Notes under the pieces: generated by a model
The model's database searches: none
The model's input: the letters and a program-made list of their open reading frames with translations, nothing else
What the model was told of the DNA's origin: nothing
Assembly: GCF_030684315.1 (NCBI RefSeq)
Contig: NC_081383.1
Coordinates: 39,002,979-39,066,978 of the forward strand
Origin: Stegostoma tigrinum
Taxonomy: Eukaryota
Length of the DNA: 64,000 nt
Reading direction: 5' to 3'
Shown here: positions 24,201 through 36,900 of the stretch, piece after piece
Layout of the letters: the number at the start of each line of letters is the position of its first letter
How positions within the stretch are numbered: the first letter of the stretch is position 1
Program-made: the position numbers and the translations under genes

Positions 24201-27200
24201 GGCAGAGTCTGAGGGATTTCTGATTGTGCAATAGAATTGCTGCTAAATGAAGTGGTGAAATGAAGTGTTACAATTCAGGCAACTTCCCAATATTCTAAAC
24301 GTTTGTTAGGTTAGTTTGTTAGAACCTCCAACCACAATTTACAAACATGCCCCATTTCTATTGCCAGTCCTCTGATGGGATTGTTAAACCTTCTGTCAGT
24401 TCTCTATTGAGCTTAAAACCCTTTGGGGTTTTTCACAGTAGAACCAACAACATTATGGTGAGGCAGTGGGAGAGATTTGATGGAAATTAAGACCACTTGT
24501 ATTAAAGAATGAGAGGCTTGAGTTGTGAGAAAAGCTTTAGGCCTGTCGTTACAACCAGCAGGGTTAAGAGATTTAGAGTCAGCCCACTGACCTGCACCAG
24601 AAATCTGTGAGAGCAGGAACCAGACGAGGGGAATAATCAATATACACACTGATTGTTAGAATGTGACTCATACTCCCTCTCAATTATCTGTTTTGTGGCA
24701 CCACTTCTTAATTATAGTCAGTGATTACTTAGATGAAGGAATGAAGAGTCATATTTCCAAGTTTTCTGCCAGCACCGTAAGGGGGTAATGGTGCATATGG
24801 TGATGTCCCTGAAGGAGTGATCCAGAGACCGAGGCAAATGCTCAGGAAACATAGACTCAAATCTCATTTTCTGAAATTTAAATTTGGTTGATTTGAATGA
24901 AATGGGGAATTGAAAACAAGTTTCCATTACAGTGACAATGAAGCTGTCATAGATTGCTGTTAAACCCACCTGGTTCCCTAATGTCCTTTAGGGAAAGATA
25001 ACTGCCATCCCTACCAGATTATGTCAACATGTGACTCCAGGGTCACACCAATGGGGATGACTCGTAACTACCACTGAAATGACCAAGAAAGATGCTCCAT
25101 TAGACCATGAGATACAGCAGCAGAATTCAGCCAGCAGGCCCATTGAACCTGCTTCATCATTCAGTTGTGGCTGACATATTTCTCAGTCCCATTCTCCTGC
25201 CTTCTCCCCATAACCTTTGACCCCCTTCCTAATGAAGACCCTATCTTATCTCTGTCTTAAAGACACCGAGTGACTTTGCCTCCACAGTTTTCTACCAAAA
25301 ATGAGCTCCACAGATACACCACCCTCAGGCTGAAGAAGTTTCTCCTCAGCTCATTTCTAAAGAGTTACCCCTCCAGTGTGAGGCCGTGCCCGTGGGTCCG
25401 AGTCTATCCTACTCATGGAATAATGTTTTAACCACATTGAATGTATCCAGGGCTCTTACTATCCTGTAAGTTTCAATCAGATCCCCCCCTCAATTTTCTG
25501 AACTCCATCGAGTACAAACTGAGAGTTCTCAACTGCTCCTTAAACAACAATTCCCGGGATCGTTCTTGAAAACCTCTTTTGGACCTCTCCAATGCCAGCA
25601 TTTCCTTCCTTAGACACGGGGTCCAAAACTGTACGCAATATTCCAAACACCGTTGGACTACAGCAATATACCGTGTCAGCAGAACTTTCCTGCTCTCGTG
25701 TTCTAACCCTCTCGAAATGAATGCTGACATTGTATTTGCCTTCCCAAACACCAAATGAACTTGCATGTTAAACTTTAAGAGAATCCTGAAATCTGACTCA
25801 CAACACCTTTTTTGCTTAAGATTTCTGAAGATTTTCCACATTTAGAAAATAGTCTATGCCCTTATTCTTCCTATCACACTTTCCGGCATTGTATTCCATC
25901 TGCAACTCCTTTGCCCACTCTCCCAGCCTGTCCAAGTCCTCCTGCAGGCTCCCTGCCTCCTCAAAAATACCTGTCCCTCCACCAGACTTCCAGTCATCTG
26001 CAAACTTAGCAACAATGTCCTCTGCTCCTTTGTCCAGATCATTCATGTATAATATGGATAGTCATAATCCCAATACTGACCCCTGTGGAACTCTACTTTT
26101 CACAGCTGCCACCCTGAGAAACAATACTTTATCCCTATTCTCCACCTTCTGCCAGTAAACCAATCCTCTATCCATATCAGTACCTTACTTCGAACATGAT
26201 GGGCTCTTGTATTATTTACCAGCCTCCTGTGAAGCACCTTGGCAAAGGCCCTCTGGGACAGCGCATTTCGGGAATAGCAACATTGACTTTAACCTCAGCT
26301 CTACGTTCCTGCTACCCCCAAAAATCTTTAAATAGTCCATCTACCTCTGCATTAAAAATATTTAAAGATTATCCCACTGTCTTTTGAGGAAGGGAAATCC
26401 AAAGACTCACAATCTTCTGGGGAGAAAGAAAAATCCTCATCTTGGTCTCAAATAGGTGACCTCTTATTTTTAAACAATGTCTCCTAGTTCGAGATTCTCT
26501 CTCAGAGGAAATGTCCTTTGCAAGTCCACCCTGTCAAGATCTCTCCAAATGTTATATGCTTCAAATAGTAGGACGACCTTAGAGCAAAAATATAGACTGT
26601 GGGAGAATAACTCAAAGATGATGATGAATAAGAACATAGGAATAAATTATTGCTGCTGGTTAGATCTACAGCAGGCCTGATTGAGTACCAGGTTTTGTTG
26701 AGGAGGGCGAACAGTAACAAGTTAAGGGTGAGCTTAGTACTTTCTTTCCTCTAAGTCTGCTAGTTGTTAAAGGAGCAGATATGGCAGTCAATGGAGTGGC
26801 AGGCTCCTCCTGTCAGGTGTGAGAGATCAGCGAGTAGTCGACTATACCTGGGAGCTATGTCGGCAGGAAGTGTTTCCAGTTGCAGCTCCTCACAGATGAC
26901 ATAGATTAGTTGGATCAGCAGGTGGACATACTGAGGAGTATACAGGAGACAGAGGGTGTGATCGATTGCAGCTTCAGTGATCACCTTGCAAATGCAGTCA
27001 GGTAGATAGGCAACAGCTAGGAGAGATAGGTAGGCAGTGCAGGAGTCTCCTTTGGCCATCCCCCTCACAAATAAGTCTACCATTTTGGATACCACTGGGG
27101 ACGGCCAGCCTCTCAGGTGAAAATAGCAGCAGAAGCCAGGAATTTGGCACTACATCAGGCTCTGCACTAAATTCCAAGCAAGCAATTGTGATAAGGGACT

Positions 27201-28623
27201 CTGTAGTCAGGGACGTAGACAGACATTTCTGCAGCCGTGAGTAAGATTCTAGGAAGGCGTGTTGCTTCCCTGGTGCCAGGGTCAAGGACATCTCACAGCA
27301 ATTGCAGGAAATTCTCAAAGGAAAGCTAGAGTGTCCAGAGGTCATTGTTGGTGCCAACAAGATAAGTAGAAAAAAGGCATGAGGTCCTGCAGATTGAAAA
27401 TAGGGTATTTGGCAGGAGGTTAACAAGCAGGAACTCAAGGGTAATAACCTCTGGATTTCTGCCGCTGCCAAGTGCTGGTGAGAGTCGGAAAAGGAGGAAA
27501 GCACAGATTAATGCCTGGCTGAGGAGCTGGTGCAGGAAGCAGGGATCCAGATTTTTTGGATCATCAGGATCTCTTCTGAGGCAGAAGTGATCTGTACAAG
27601 AGGGACAAGAGGATATGAGCATTGAGCTCATATTGCTCTGAACCCTTACTAGAAGTTTGTCAAATCTTTAGTCTGTAACGTGCAGCTTTGTGAAGAAACT
27701 GAAGCCTGAAGACTGTCCTTGACCCGGCTTCTCTTCAACCAATCTGTCATGAACCCAAATGTGTGAACGTTGGCATCAAACCACACTACAAAAAAAAAAC
27801 ACTGGATTCTAACCGCAAATCACTTCAAATCATCTTACTTTAATGGTGGAAGTAATTAGAAGTAGTTTGTGACATTTCTAGAGGATATATAAAATTGTGG
27901 CAATTGAACACAATGTAAGCAAATAGCGACATCACCAACTTTGCACCTGTAAAGGGTTGAACTAAGTGTGTTTCAATGATGGAAAACTAGAACTAAGGAG
28001 GTTTGGTGATCCAGGTCGATAGATCATTAAACTGTAACAAACAAGCGATGGAGATAATGTAAAAGCCTTCTCGAACAGTGACCTTTCCATCGAGGGGTTT
28101 TGACTTATTTTTATTCATTCATGGGGTGTGGGCATCGCTGGCCGGGCCAGCGTTTATTGCCTGTCCCTAGTTACCCTTGAGAAGGGGTGGTGGTGTTGGG
28201 CTGCCTTCTTGAGCTGCTGCAGTCCATCTGCTGTGGGTTGACCCACAATGCCAGTAGGGAGGGATTTCCAGAAGTTTGACCCAGCAACACTGAAGGAATG
28301 GCGAAATATTTCCGCGTCAGGACGGTGAGTCGCTCAGATGGGAAATTGCAGGTGGTGATGTTCCCATGTATCTGCTGTCATTGTCCTTCAAGGTGCAAGT
28401 GGTTATGGATTTTGAAGGTGCCGTCTCAGGACCACAGGTGAATTTCTGCAGTGTATCTTGTAGATAGTACATACTGCTGCTGCTTCACATCAGTTGTGGA
28501 GGGATTGGATGTTTTTGGATCTGGTGTCAATCAAGTGGGCTGCTTTATCTTGGGTTGTGTCAAGGTGCTTGAGTGTTGTTGGGGCAGCACTCAGCTAGGC
28601 AATTAGGGTAGGGAGTATTCCAT

Positions 28624-28699
28624 GATAATAAAATGTGAGGCTGGATGAACACAGCAGGCCAAGCATCATCTCAGGAGCACAATAGCTGACGTTTTGGGC
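28624..28699 (-). mobile_element. 76-nt Penelope pLTR fragment, right arm only
   Basis: GATAATAAAATGTGAGGCTGGATGAACACAGCAGGCC... flanked by CCAT/CCAT. Absent at the mirror site near 8835. Confidence 0.8.
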
Positions 28700-31600
28700 C
28701 CATCACAGTTCTTCCTGTGCTTTGTTCATGGTGGACAAGCTTAGGGGAGTCAGGAAGTGAGTTACTTGCTACAGTATTCCCAGCCTCTGACCTGCTCTTG
28801 TAGCCACTATGTTTATGTGGCAGGTCCATTTCAGTTTCTGGTCAATGGTAACCCTAAGAATGTTGATAGTACGAGGTGCAGTGATGGTAACACCCTTGAA
28901 TGTCAAGAGGTGATGGTTAGATTCTCTCTTATTGGAGATGGTCATGGCCTTGCATCTCTGTGGCGTGAATGTTACTTGCTATTTGCCAGCCCAAGCCTGG
29001 ATATTGTCCAGATCTTGGTCAGAGACAAAAAGACTGCAGATGCTGGAATCCAGGGTAAACAAACAGGAAGCTAGAAAAACACAGCAAGCCCAGCAGCATC
29101 TGGAGGAAAGGAGCAGTCAATGTTTCTGGTAACACCCTTCTTCAGGAATCCTCCTTCAGCATTTGAACAGTATCTGAGAAGTTGCAAATGGTGCTGAACA
29201 TTGTGCAATCATCAGCAAACATCCCCACTTCTGACCGAGATTACAAGGCTGTCAAAGTTGCACATCAGTTATGAAGTTCCCTGCACAGTCCACACCGAGA
29301 GCATTGTTCTGCACCAACAGATTGAGGAAACCTATTCCTGCTGGCTGAGGAGTTTGGGTTGCAGAACATTATTTAAATTTGGAATTATATTACTTCAGGA
29401 GGTAAAATATGAAAGATATTTTTAAAAGTTGCCAATGTTTGAAGTGAGATTGATGGTTATTTGTTCATTCATTAACATGCATGAGCCAGGATTTTGGATG
29501 AGATCACATTGGGTCTCATTGGATCCAAAGTGTTAAATGCTGTCCTCCAGTTCCTAGATTCTTGGAAAAGGAATGAATGAAACTGAGAAAGATCTCCTGA
29601 TTAGAAAGGAGACAAATGCACTGCAATTACTTTCCCAACATAGTTGGCACGGCAGAATCACATTGCTGCATTCACTGGGAGGCACCAAATTTCTTTCCTC
29701 ATCTGGACATCTAACGGGAGCAAAGCTTCAGATTTTCAAAGTATTTGTCCCTTTTCTTTTTAAAAGCTATCAGTAATTTTGCAAACAGCTTCAATCACAT
29801 GTTCCTTGGAGTCAATAAAAGAAATCTCCCATCATTCTTTTGGTAACCACTGAGAATTTACACCTTCCAGCTCCCAGCCAGGAGAAATCATTTAACACAA
29901 TTTGCTTCATCCATCAATACCTCAGAAGCAATGCACTCCCAGGTACATCACTTAGCCTGCTTCCTCACTTAGGTATTGACACACAAAATAATTTAAATCT
30001 TTCAAGAAAGTATTGAAAAGCCAAAGTCCATTTGGAGGAACCACTTTTCACAATCTGTCAATTGAAGAACATGCAGATTTTTCTCACTGTTTGGCTCTTC
30101 CGTCCTCACAAATTCCTTTACCATATCAACAGCTCATCACAATTTGCTTAACCCAGTTAGTTCTCATGTAGGATCTAGTTATTTCCTCAGAACTGAAATG
30201 TTTCATCCTTAAACACAAATAGGATATTTTTTAGAGCCTCTCCCTCTGCTCCATCATAACATTGGTGATTTCACAGGGAAAAAACCCAAAGGATTTTTAT
30301 CTCCTGAAGGGAACAAACTAAATTATAACAATTACAAGTAGGTCAGAAGAATAGAGAATAGAGAACTGGCAGTAGAGTTGGAGCACATTTGGAAATTGTG
30401 GTTGCAAGCTACAGTGAATTAAATTAACACGTGAAGGCACTGAAGTGTTTAATCAGTTTTTATAGTATTAAATGGTGGTGTAGACTTGACCAATTGAATG
30501 CGTACTCCTGCTCCTATATTTCCATGTTCCTGTACAGTGTCCTTGAGTGAGTAAAATTACTCGAGGCACTCACAGCAGTGTTGCGCACACTGAGCCACAC
30601 ACTGAGATAGTATGAAAATGTCTCCTGGCCCGCTCAGTATCAGAAAGCTAAGCTCATTGAGCAGAAGCCATTTTGGAGGTTTGATAACACAACTAGCTTC
30701 TAAAACTGACGCCACCGAGCCCACTTTCTCACCCATCATGAATAGTCAAGAAAAGAAATACTGAGCTGGTTAAAATTGGTAAGGTAACCATCGAATTGTT
30801 GTTCAAGTTAAGTTAGTTTGTTTCTGAATTTGGGGCAGGGAAGGCTGATGTCATTGGTGAACCAGTCTGACACCAATGTCATTGTCTCCTAAGTGCCTTC
30901 TGCCTCGTGTAGAAAGTCACCCCACTGTATCAGACTGCTGCCATTATTGGTTCAAGAAATAGGCCCATCACCACCTTTTAAATTTATGGAGGAGCAATAA
31001 ATGATGGCCATGCTACTGGTATCCACATCAGAACGCCACGTTATTCAAAACAAATCCCCATAACTCTCTGAAAGCCAAGCTTGTGTCTTAAGATTCATAT
31101 CCCCCTCAGTAGTTTCAACCCTTATTATAACCTTTATTATTGCACAGTTTAGTGAAGCTCGAGAATCCACCCACTAAGGAATAAAAATCATTGCACGCTG
31201 GTTCAAACTACAGCATTCTGCAATGAGCAGTTCATGAACCAATTCACTTGATGTCATTCTCTATCTGCAACTATCAGCAGGCTCGCATCGAGAAGTCAGA
31301 AATCAGTGAAGACAAGCACTGGAGCTCGTGAACCAAAACAGAAATTGTTGGAAAAGCTCAGCAGGTCTGGCAGCATCTGTGGAGTGAAATCAGAGTTCAT
31401 GTTTCAGGCCCAGTGACCTTTCCTCAGAGGCTATTGACATTGAGCAAAATTGGACTTGGAATATTTACACCAATATGGTCCAGGTGGCACTCATTTAACT
31501 TGGTGTCTGTCTGTCCAGAGAACTATCTGGGCTCTCCAATCAGATTATGAAGGCAGGATGACATTGGGATTTAACAGGATTTTAAGAAGCCCATGTTAAG

Positions 31601-31966
31601 TGATGAATTATAACAAGAGCTCAACACTTGATGTGTGGAAATCCGTTGGTGCCAAAATCACATGGTTAGGCACAAGGTTAGATTTTCATAACTTAACTGG
31701 AAGTCAATTGTTCGTAACAGAGCTTGGGCAATGTACTTGCCCAAATTCGTTTCTTCTTTTTTTTGGTTGGGCTGAATTAGTAACCAGTGAACATCTATCT
31801 CAACCAAGGTTTCCGAACCCCTTGAACACTGGATATTTTCAAATGGAAAGTTAAACTTCAAAGTTTTCCACTGATTAAAAAGAACTAAAAATTCCAGGTG
31901 CCTACATTTTTTACAGAGATCTGCCAACAAAATCCATCACATATTATGTCGCAAAACCCAGCAGAT

Positions 31967-33947
31967 ATTAGCAGAATACTATCCATCTACTCCCACCCCA
32001 TGTCTTCTATTGGACAGCCAGTTCTGTATCCAGACAGCCAAATTTCCTGAAATACTTACTTTCTGAATGAGGCTACCATGTGGAACCTTAACGAATGCCT
32101 TGCTAAAATCCATAGAGACCACATCCACTGTTCTACCTTCATCAATGTGCGTTGTCACATCCTCAAAGAATTCAACAAGGCTTGTTAGGCATGAGCTGGC
32201 CCTCACAAAGTTATGCTGACCATTTATAATCAAACTTTTCCAAATAATCATAAATACTATCTCTCAAAATCCTCTCCAATAATTTGCCCACCATAGAAGT
32301 GAGACTGACTGGTCTGTAATTTCTAGGATTATCCCTTCTCCCTTTCTTGAACACGAGAATGACATTTGCCACCCTCCAATCTTCTGACATAACTCCAGTG
32401 GACTGTGAGGATGCAAAAATCATTACCAATGGGGCAGCAATCTCTTCCCTCGCTTCCCATAGGAACATTGGGCATATCCCGTCTGGCCCACGGGACTTAT
32501 CTATCCTCATGTTTTTCAAAATTTCTGGCACATCCTCCTTCCTAACATCAACCTGTTCGAGCATATCTGCCTGTTTCATCCTGTCCACACAAATGTAAAG
32601 GTCCCTCTCATAGATGAAGCAAAGTATTCATTAAGGACCTCCCCTACCTCTTCTGACTCCGCACACAAGTTCCCTCCACTATCCATGATTGGTTCTACCT
32701 TCACTCTGGCCATCCTCTTGTTCTTCACGTAACTATAGAAAGCCTTGAGGTCTCCCTTGATCCTACCTGCCAAGGTTTTCTCATACCCACTTACAGGTCT
32801 CCTAAATCCATTCTTCAGCTCCTTCCTGACTACCTTGTAGATCTCTAGAGCCGTGTCCGATCCATGCTTCCTCAAACTTAAGTAAGCTTCCTTCTTCCTC
32901 TTGACTAGGTGTTCAACATGTCTTGTTATCCAAGGTTCCTTCACCTTCCCATCCTTTCCTTGCCTCAGTGGGACAAACCTATCCAGTACCAGAAGCAACT
33001 GCACTCTCAACGATCTCCACATCTCTATCGTGCATTTCACAGAGAACATCTGATCCCAGTTGGTGCTCTGTAGTTCTTGCCCAATGGCTTGTAATTCCCC
33101 GTCCCCCAGTTAAATCCTTTCCCATACTGTCTGCTTCTATCCCTCTCCAAGCCTATCGTAGAGGTCATGGAGTTGTGATCACTGTCACCAAAATGCTCTC
33201 CCACCGAGAGATCTAACACTTAACGTGGTTCGTTGCCAAGCATCAAATCCAGTAGGGTCCCCCCTCTTATCGGCCTATCTACAGATTGAGTCAGACGTCC
33301 TTCCTGGGCGTACCTGACAAAATCTGCTTCATCCAAACTATTTGTACTTCGAAGGTTCCAGTCTATATTAGGGAAGTTGAAGTCACGAATGGCAACAACC
33401 CTATTGCTTCTACACCTTTCCAAAATCTGTCTCCCACTCTGTTCCTCAGAGTCTGTCTTGCTATTAGGGGGTCTATAGAAAACTCCCAATAAAGTGACTG
33501 CTCCTTGCCTGTTTCTAACTTCCACCCAAACCGACTCAGAGAGCAAACCCTCCTCAATGACCTCTCTTTCTGCAACTGCGATACCATCCCTGATTAGCAA
33601 TGCCACTCCTCCACCTCTTTCAACTCCCTCCTTATTTCTTTTGAAACACCTATACCCCGGAATATACAACACCCATTCCTGCCCCCATGTTATCCAAGTC
33701 GCCATAATGGCCATGACATTGTAGTTCAAAGTACTGACCCATGCTCTAGGTTTGGTCACCTTTAATCCTGACACTTCTTGCCTTGAAGTAGACATACCTC
33801 GACCCATCGCACTGACTGCCACTTTATCCTATCAACTGCTTATCCTTCCTTGTAGATTCTCTGCTTGCTCTAACTAACTGTAGACTGGCTACCCCACACT
33901 CTGATCTGTAACTCTCGTTTCCATCCCCCTGTCAAACTAGAATACAG
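31967..33947 (-). mobile_element. Degenerate CR1 LINE ORF2, mirror copy in right arm
   Basis: Mirror ORFs 33220-33822, 32576-33049, 32211-32588 and 31979-32251 carry the same motifs and shared lesions. Confidence 0.92.
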
Positions 33948-36900
33948 AGTCACATGCAGGGGTGAGACCATGGAAAAACCAAACAAGTTAGTTTCTGCAA
34001 CAGAGAATGGGAGACCAAAGCTTTGAGGTCGAAAGAAGTTGGGTGCAGCACTTTTGAGAAAAGTGTGAAGGTATTCCCTCATTAGAGTCACGTACCTAAT
34101 GTGAAAACCCATGGAACAGATAGTAATCATAGAATCATCGAATCGCTACAGTGTGGAAACAGGCGCTTCAGCCCAACAGGTCTATGCTGAACCTAGACCA
34201 TCCCAACCAGACCCAAAAGTTTCAGAAATAATTGGTTTGGAAATTGTCGGAGTGACAAGAGACAAGTAATAAGGGTACTGAGAAGATACGCTCATTAAAA
34301 AGATGTCGTATCCTACAACGATCTATATTGGACTCTTCACTGTTTACCTTATTAATTAGCAAGTTAAGATTGGAGAGAAAATTACAATAACAACATTTCC
34401 TGATGACACATAGATACATATGGATGAAAACATAAAGTAACAAAGAGGCAGTGATGGATAAAATTAAAAGCCAAAAATGTGCCAAAAATAAATAGCACAA
34501 AGATCCTTTTGGATCAATTGTTCAATGTGAGTTTGAGAAAGGTAGATTTTTGTTATACCACAGTATTAAGTACCAAAATACTGTAAGAGTATTGTTACAC
34601 AGCCGAAGTGGTAGAGGAAATCAGTTCACAGGGCAGGCAGCATTTCATTGACATGAGCTCGAGGAGCTGATTGAACTCATCCTGCTTCTGCATTGTCAGT
34701 GCAGAGCTTGTAAATGTTGGAACAGGGCAGATGAAGATTATTCAAATCCTGGGCCATTATAATCCTATTGATGCTGGCACTTGTTCACAAGAAATTCCCA
34801 GGGTTTACACTATTTCTACTGAAAATAAATTTTCATCAAAAATAGTGAACAGAGAGGTGAATTAATAAAGCAATTATTCGGTAAAACCTATGTGCCCCTA
34901 AAACTGGGCAGAACACATTCCTGGAATGAACTGGCCAGAGCTGGAATACAGAGATAACACAGTGTGAAGCTGGTTGAACGCAGCGCGCCAAGCAGCATCA
35001 GATGAGCAGGAAAGCTGGACGTTTTGGGTTGGGACCTTTCTTCAGAGCTGGAATACAGTCAGGTTATTTCTAGTTAACTTGTTAATAACATCACAATGCA
35101 CAACGTAATGGGAACACAGCACGTTCAATGGCCATGTTATGGTCTATCGGTAAGGCTTAAATCTCTGTGCAACTTTTTGGAGTTGAAATGCAATTTTATG
35201 AACACCTAGTGGTCAGTATAAATGGGAAAACACTCAAATATTTAAAAGAAGGTGATAATGCTCTCAAGGGGATTACATTTCAAGGACATAGTCTCTTTGT
35301 CATTTTCTAAAAGAGGAAATTTATTCTTAAGCAATATTCTGAAAGACACACAAGGCTATCTCACTTCATTCAGTGATCACCTCGTCCATTTCTCAATTAC
35401 TAATGTTGCCACAGATCCAGAGGGATGGCCTTCCTGGAAGATTGTGTCTATATATTGTGGAAGTGCACTTGGCGTTTGGTGGAGCCATATTGAGGATCTC
35501 TCCCAGGTAAGACTGCTGAAATTAGGCCTTGTAAATGTAACTTTTCCTTCCAGTTGAGCAGTTGATTGTTCTATGGCACTCCTGACTTGAAACGTGTCAG
35601 TTTTGGGGAGGCTCTAAAAGATCAGAAGGTGAGGCACTTGTCTCAGAATATCCAGCTTCTGCCCTGTGTCTATAACCATAGTGTTCGTCTGACAGCTTCA
35701 GCCTAGCTTTGGTCAATGGGGAGCATGATAAACTGGTGGGTGTGAGAATTAGGAGAATTAGATCAGTGGAGCATGTTTATTTTTCAGTAGAGAAGCCAAG
35801 GTGAAAAATCATTGTCCATTAATTGGAACAGCAAGTTTGTAAAAAAAAAGAGGCAGGGGAAACTAAATGAATGAACATGTGGTCATGTGAAAATTGTGAA
35901 TTATTACAATGGATTTGCAGCATCAAAACAGACCTAGGGTCAAAGCTAGTGTTTATGCTCCACATGAACAGCTTCCCACCCTTCATTTTCTCACTTCATC
36001 AGCTTATTCTTCCTTTCCATTTTCCCTCAACTGCTTATCTCGTTTACCCTTAATTCCATCTCTGCTTGTCACCTCAACTGTTTCCTGTGGCTGTCAGTTC
36101 CACATTTTAAACATTTTCTGGTCAAAGTAGTTTCTCCTGTGTTCAGTCTTCAAATTGAGAAGTTATTCACTTTGGTTGTAAAAATAGAAAAGCAGAATAC
36201 TTTTGAAGATATGAAAATTGTAAGCATTGACATACAATGCTCATGAAGAGAATGCAGAAAATGACCACGCAGTGACAGCAGGCAGGAAGCGTATGGAGTA
36301 AGAGTCTGGTCCTACAAGGAAAGACTGAGCAAAATGGATCTGTGTACTCTGGGGCTGAGAAGAATGAAAGATGATCTGAGTGAACTGTTCAGTCTTCTGA
36401 AGGGAATTGATAAGATTGATGCTGAGAGACTATTTCCACTGAGAAGGGAATATAAAGCATGAGGGCACTGCCTCAGAGTGAGCAGTTGATTATTTTGGAC
36501 TGAGATGAGGGGAAATTGCTGCAATCAAAGGGCTGTGATTCTTTGGTATTATGTACCACAAAGGATTGATTATTGAATGAATTGGGACAGGTTCAGTGCA
36601 CAATATATGTGTGTACATCCAGACAGACTGAGTATTTAGGGAAAGTGATTTAACCTGCTTCAAAGAAACAAGTTATTAAGCTTCTCCTCTAACGTGTGTT
36701 GCTCTAATATTTCTTCTCAGGCTGTAGTCAGTACTGCCACGGCTGGATTTGATCACTCACCCTGCGGTAAGAGGGTGGTCCAGGGTCTTTCATTTAAATG
36801 GCATCCCTTGTTTCAAATGGTTGAGGTTTGGATGGACAGATTTTTTAATGATTTCTCAGGGAATCAGGGAGACTGCAGACGATGATAACGTACAATTTAA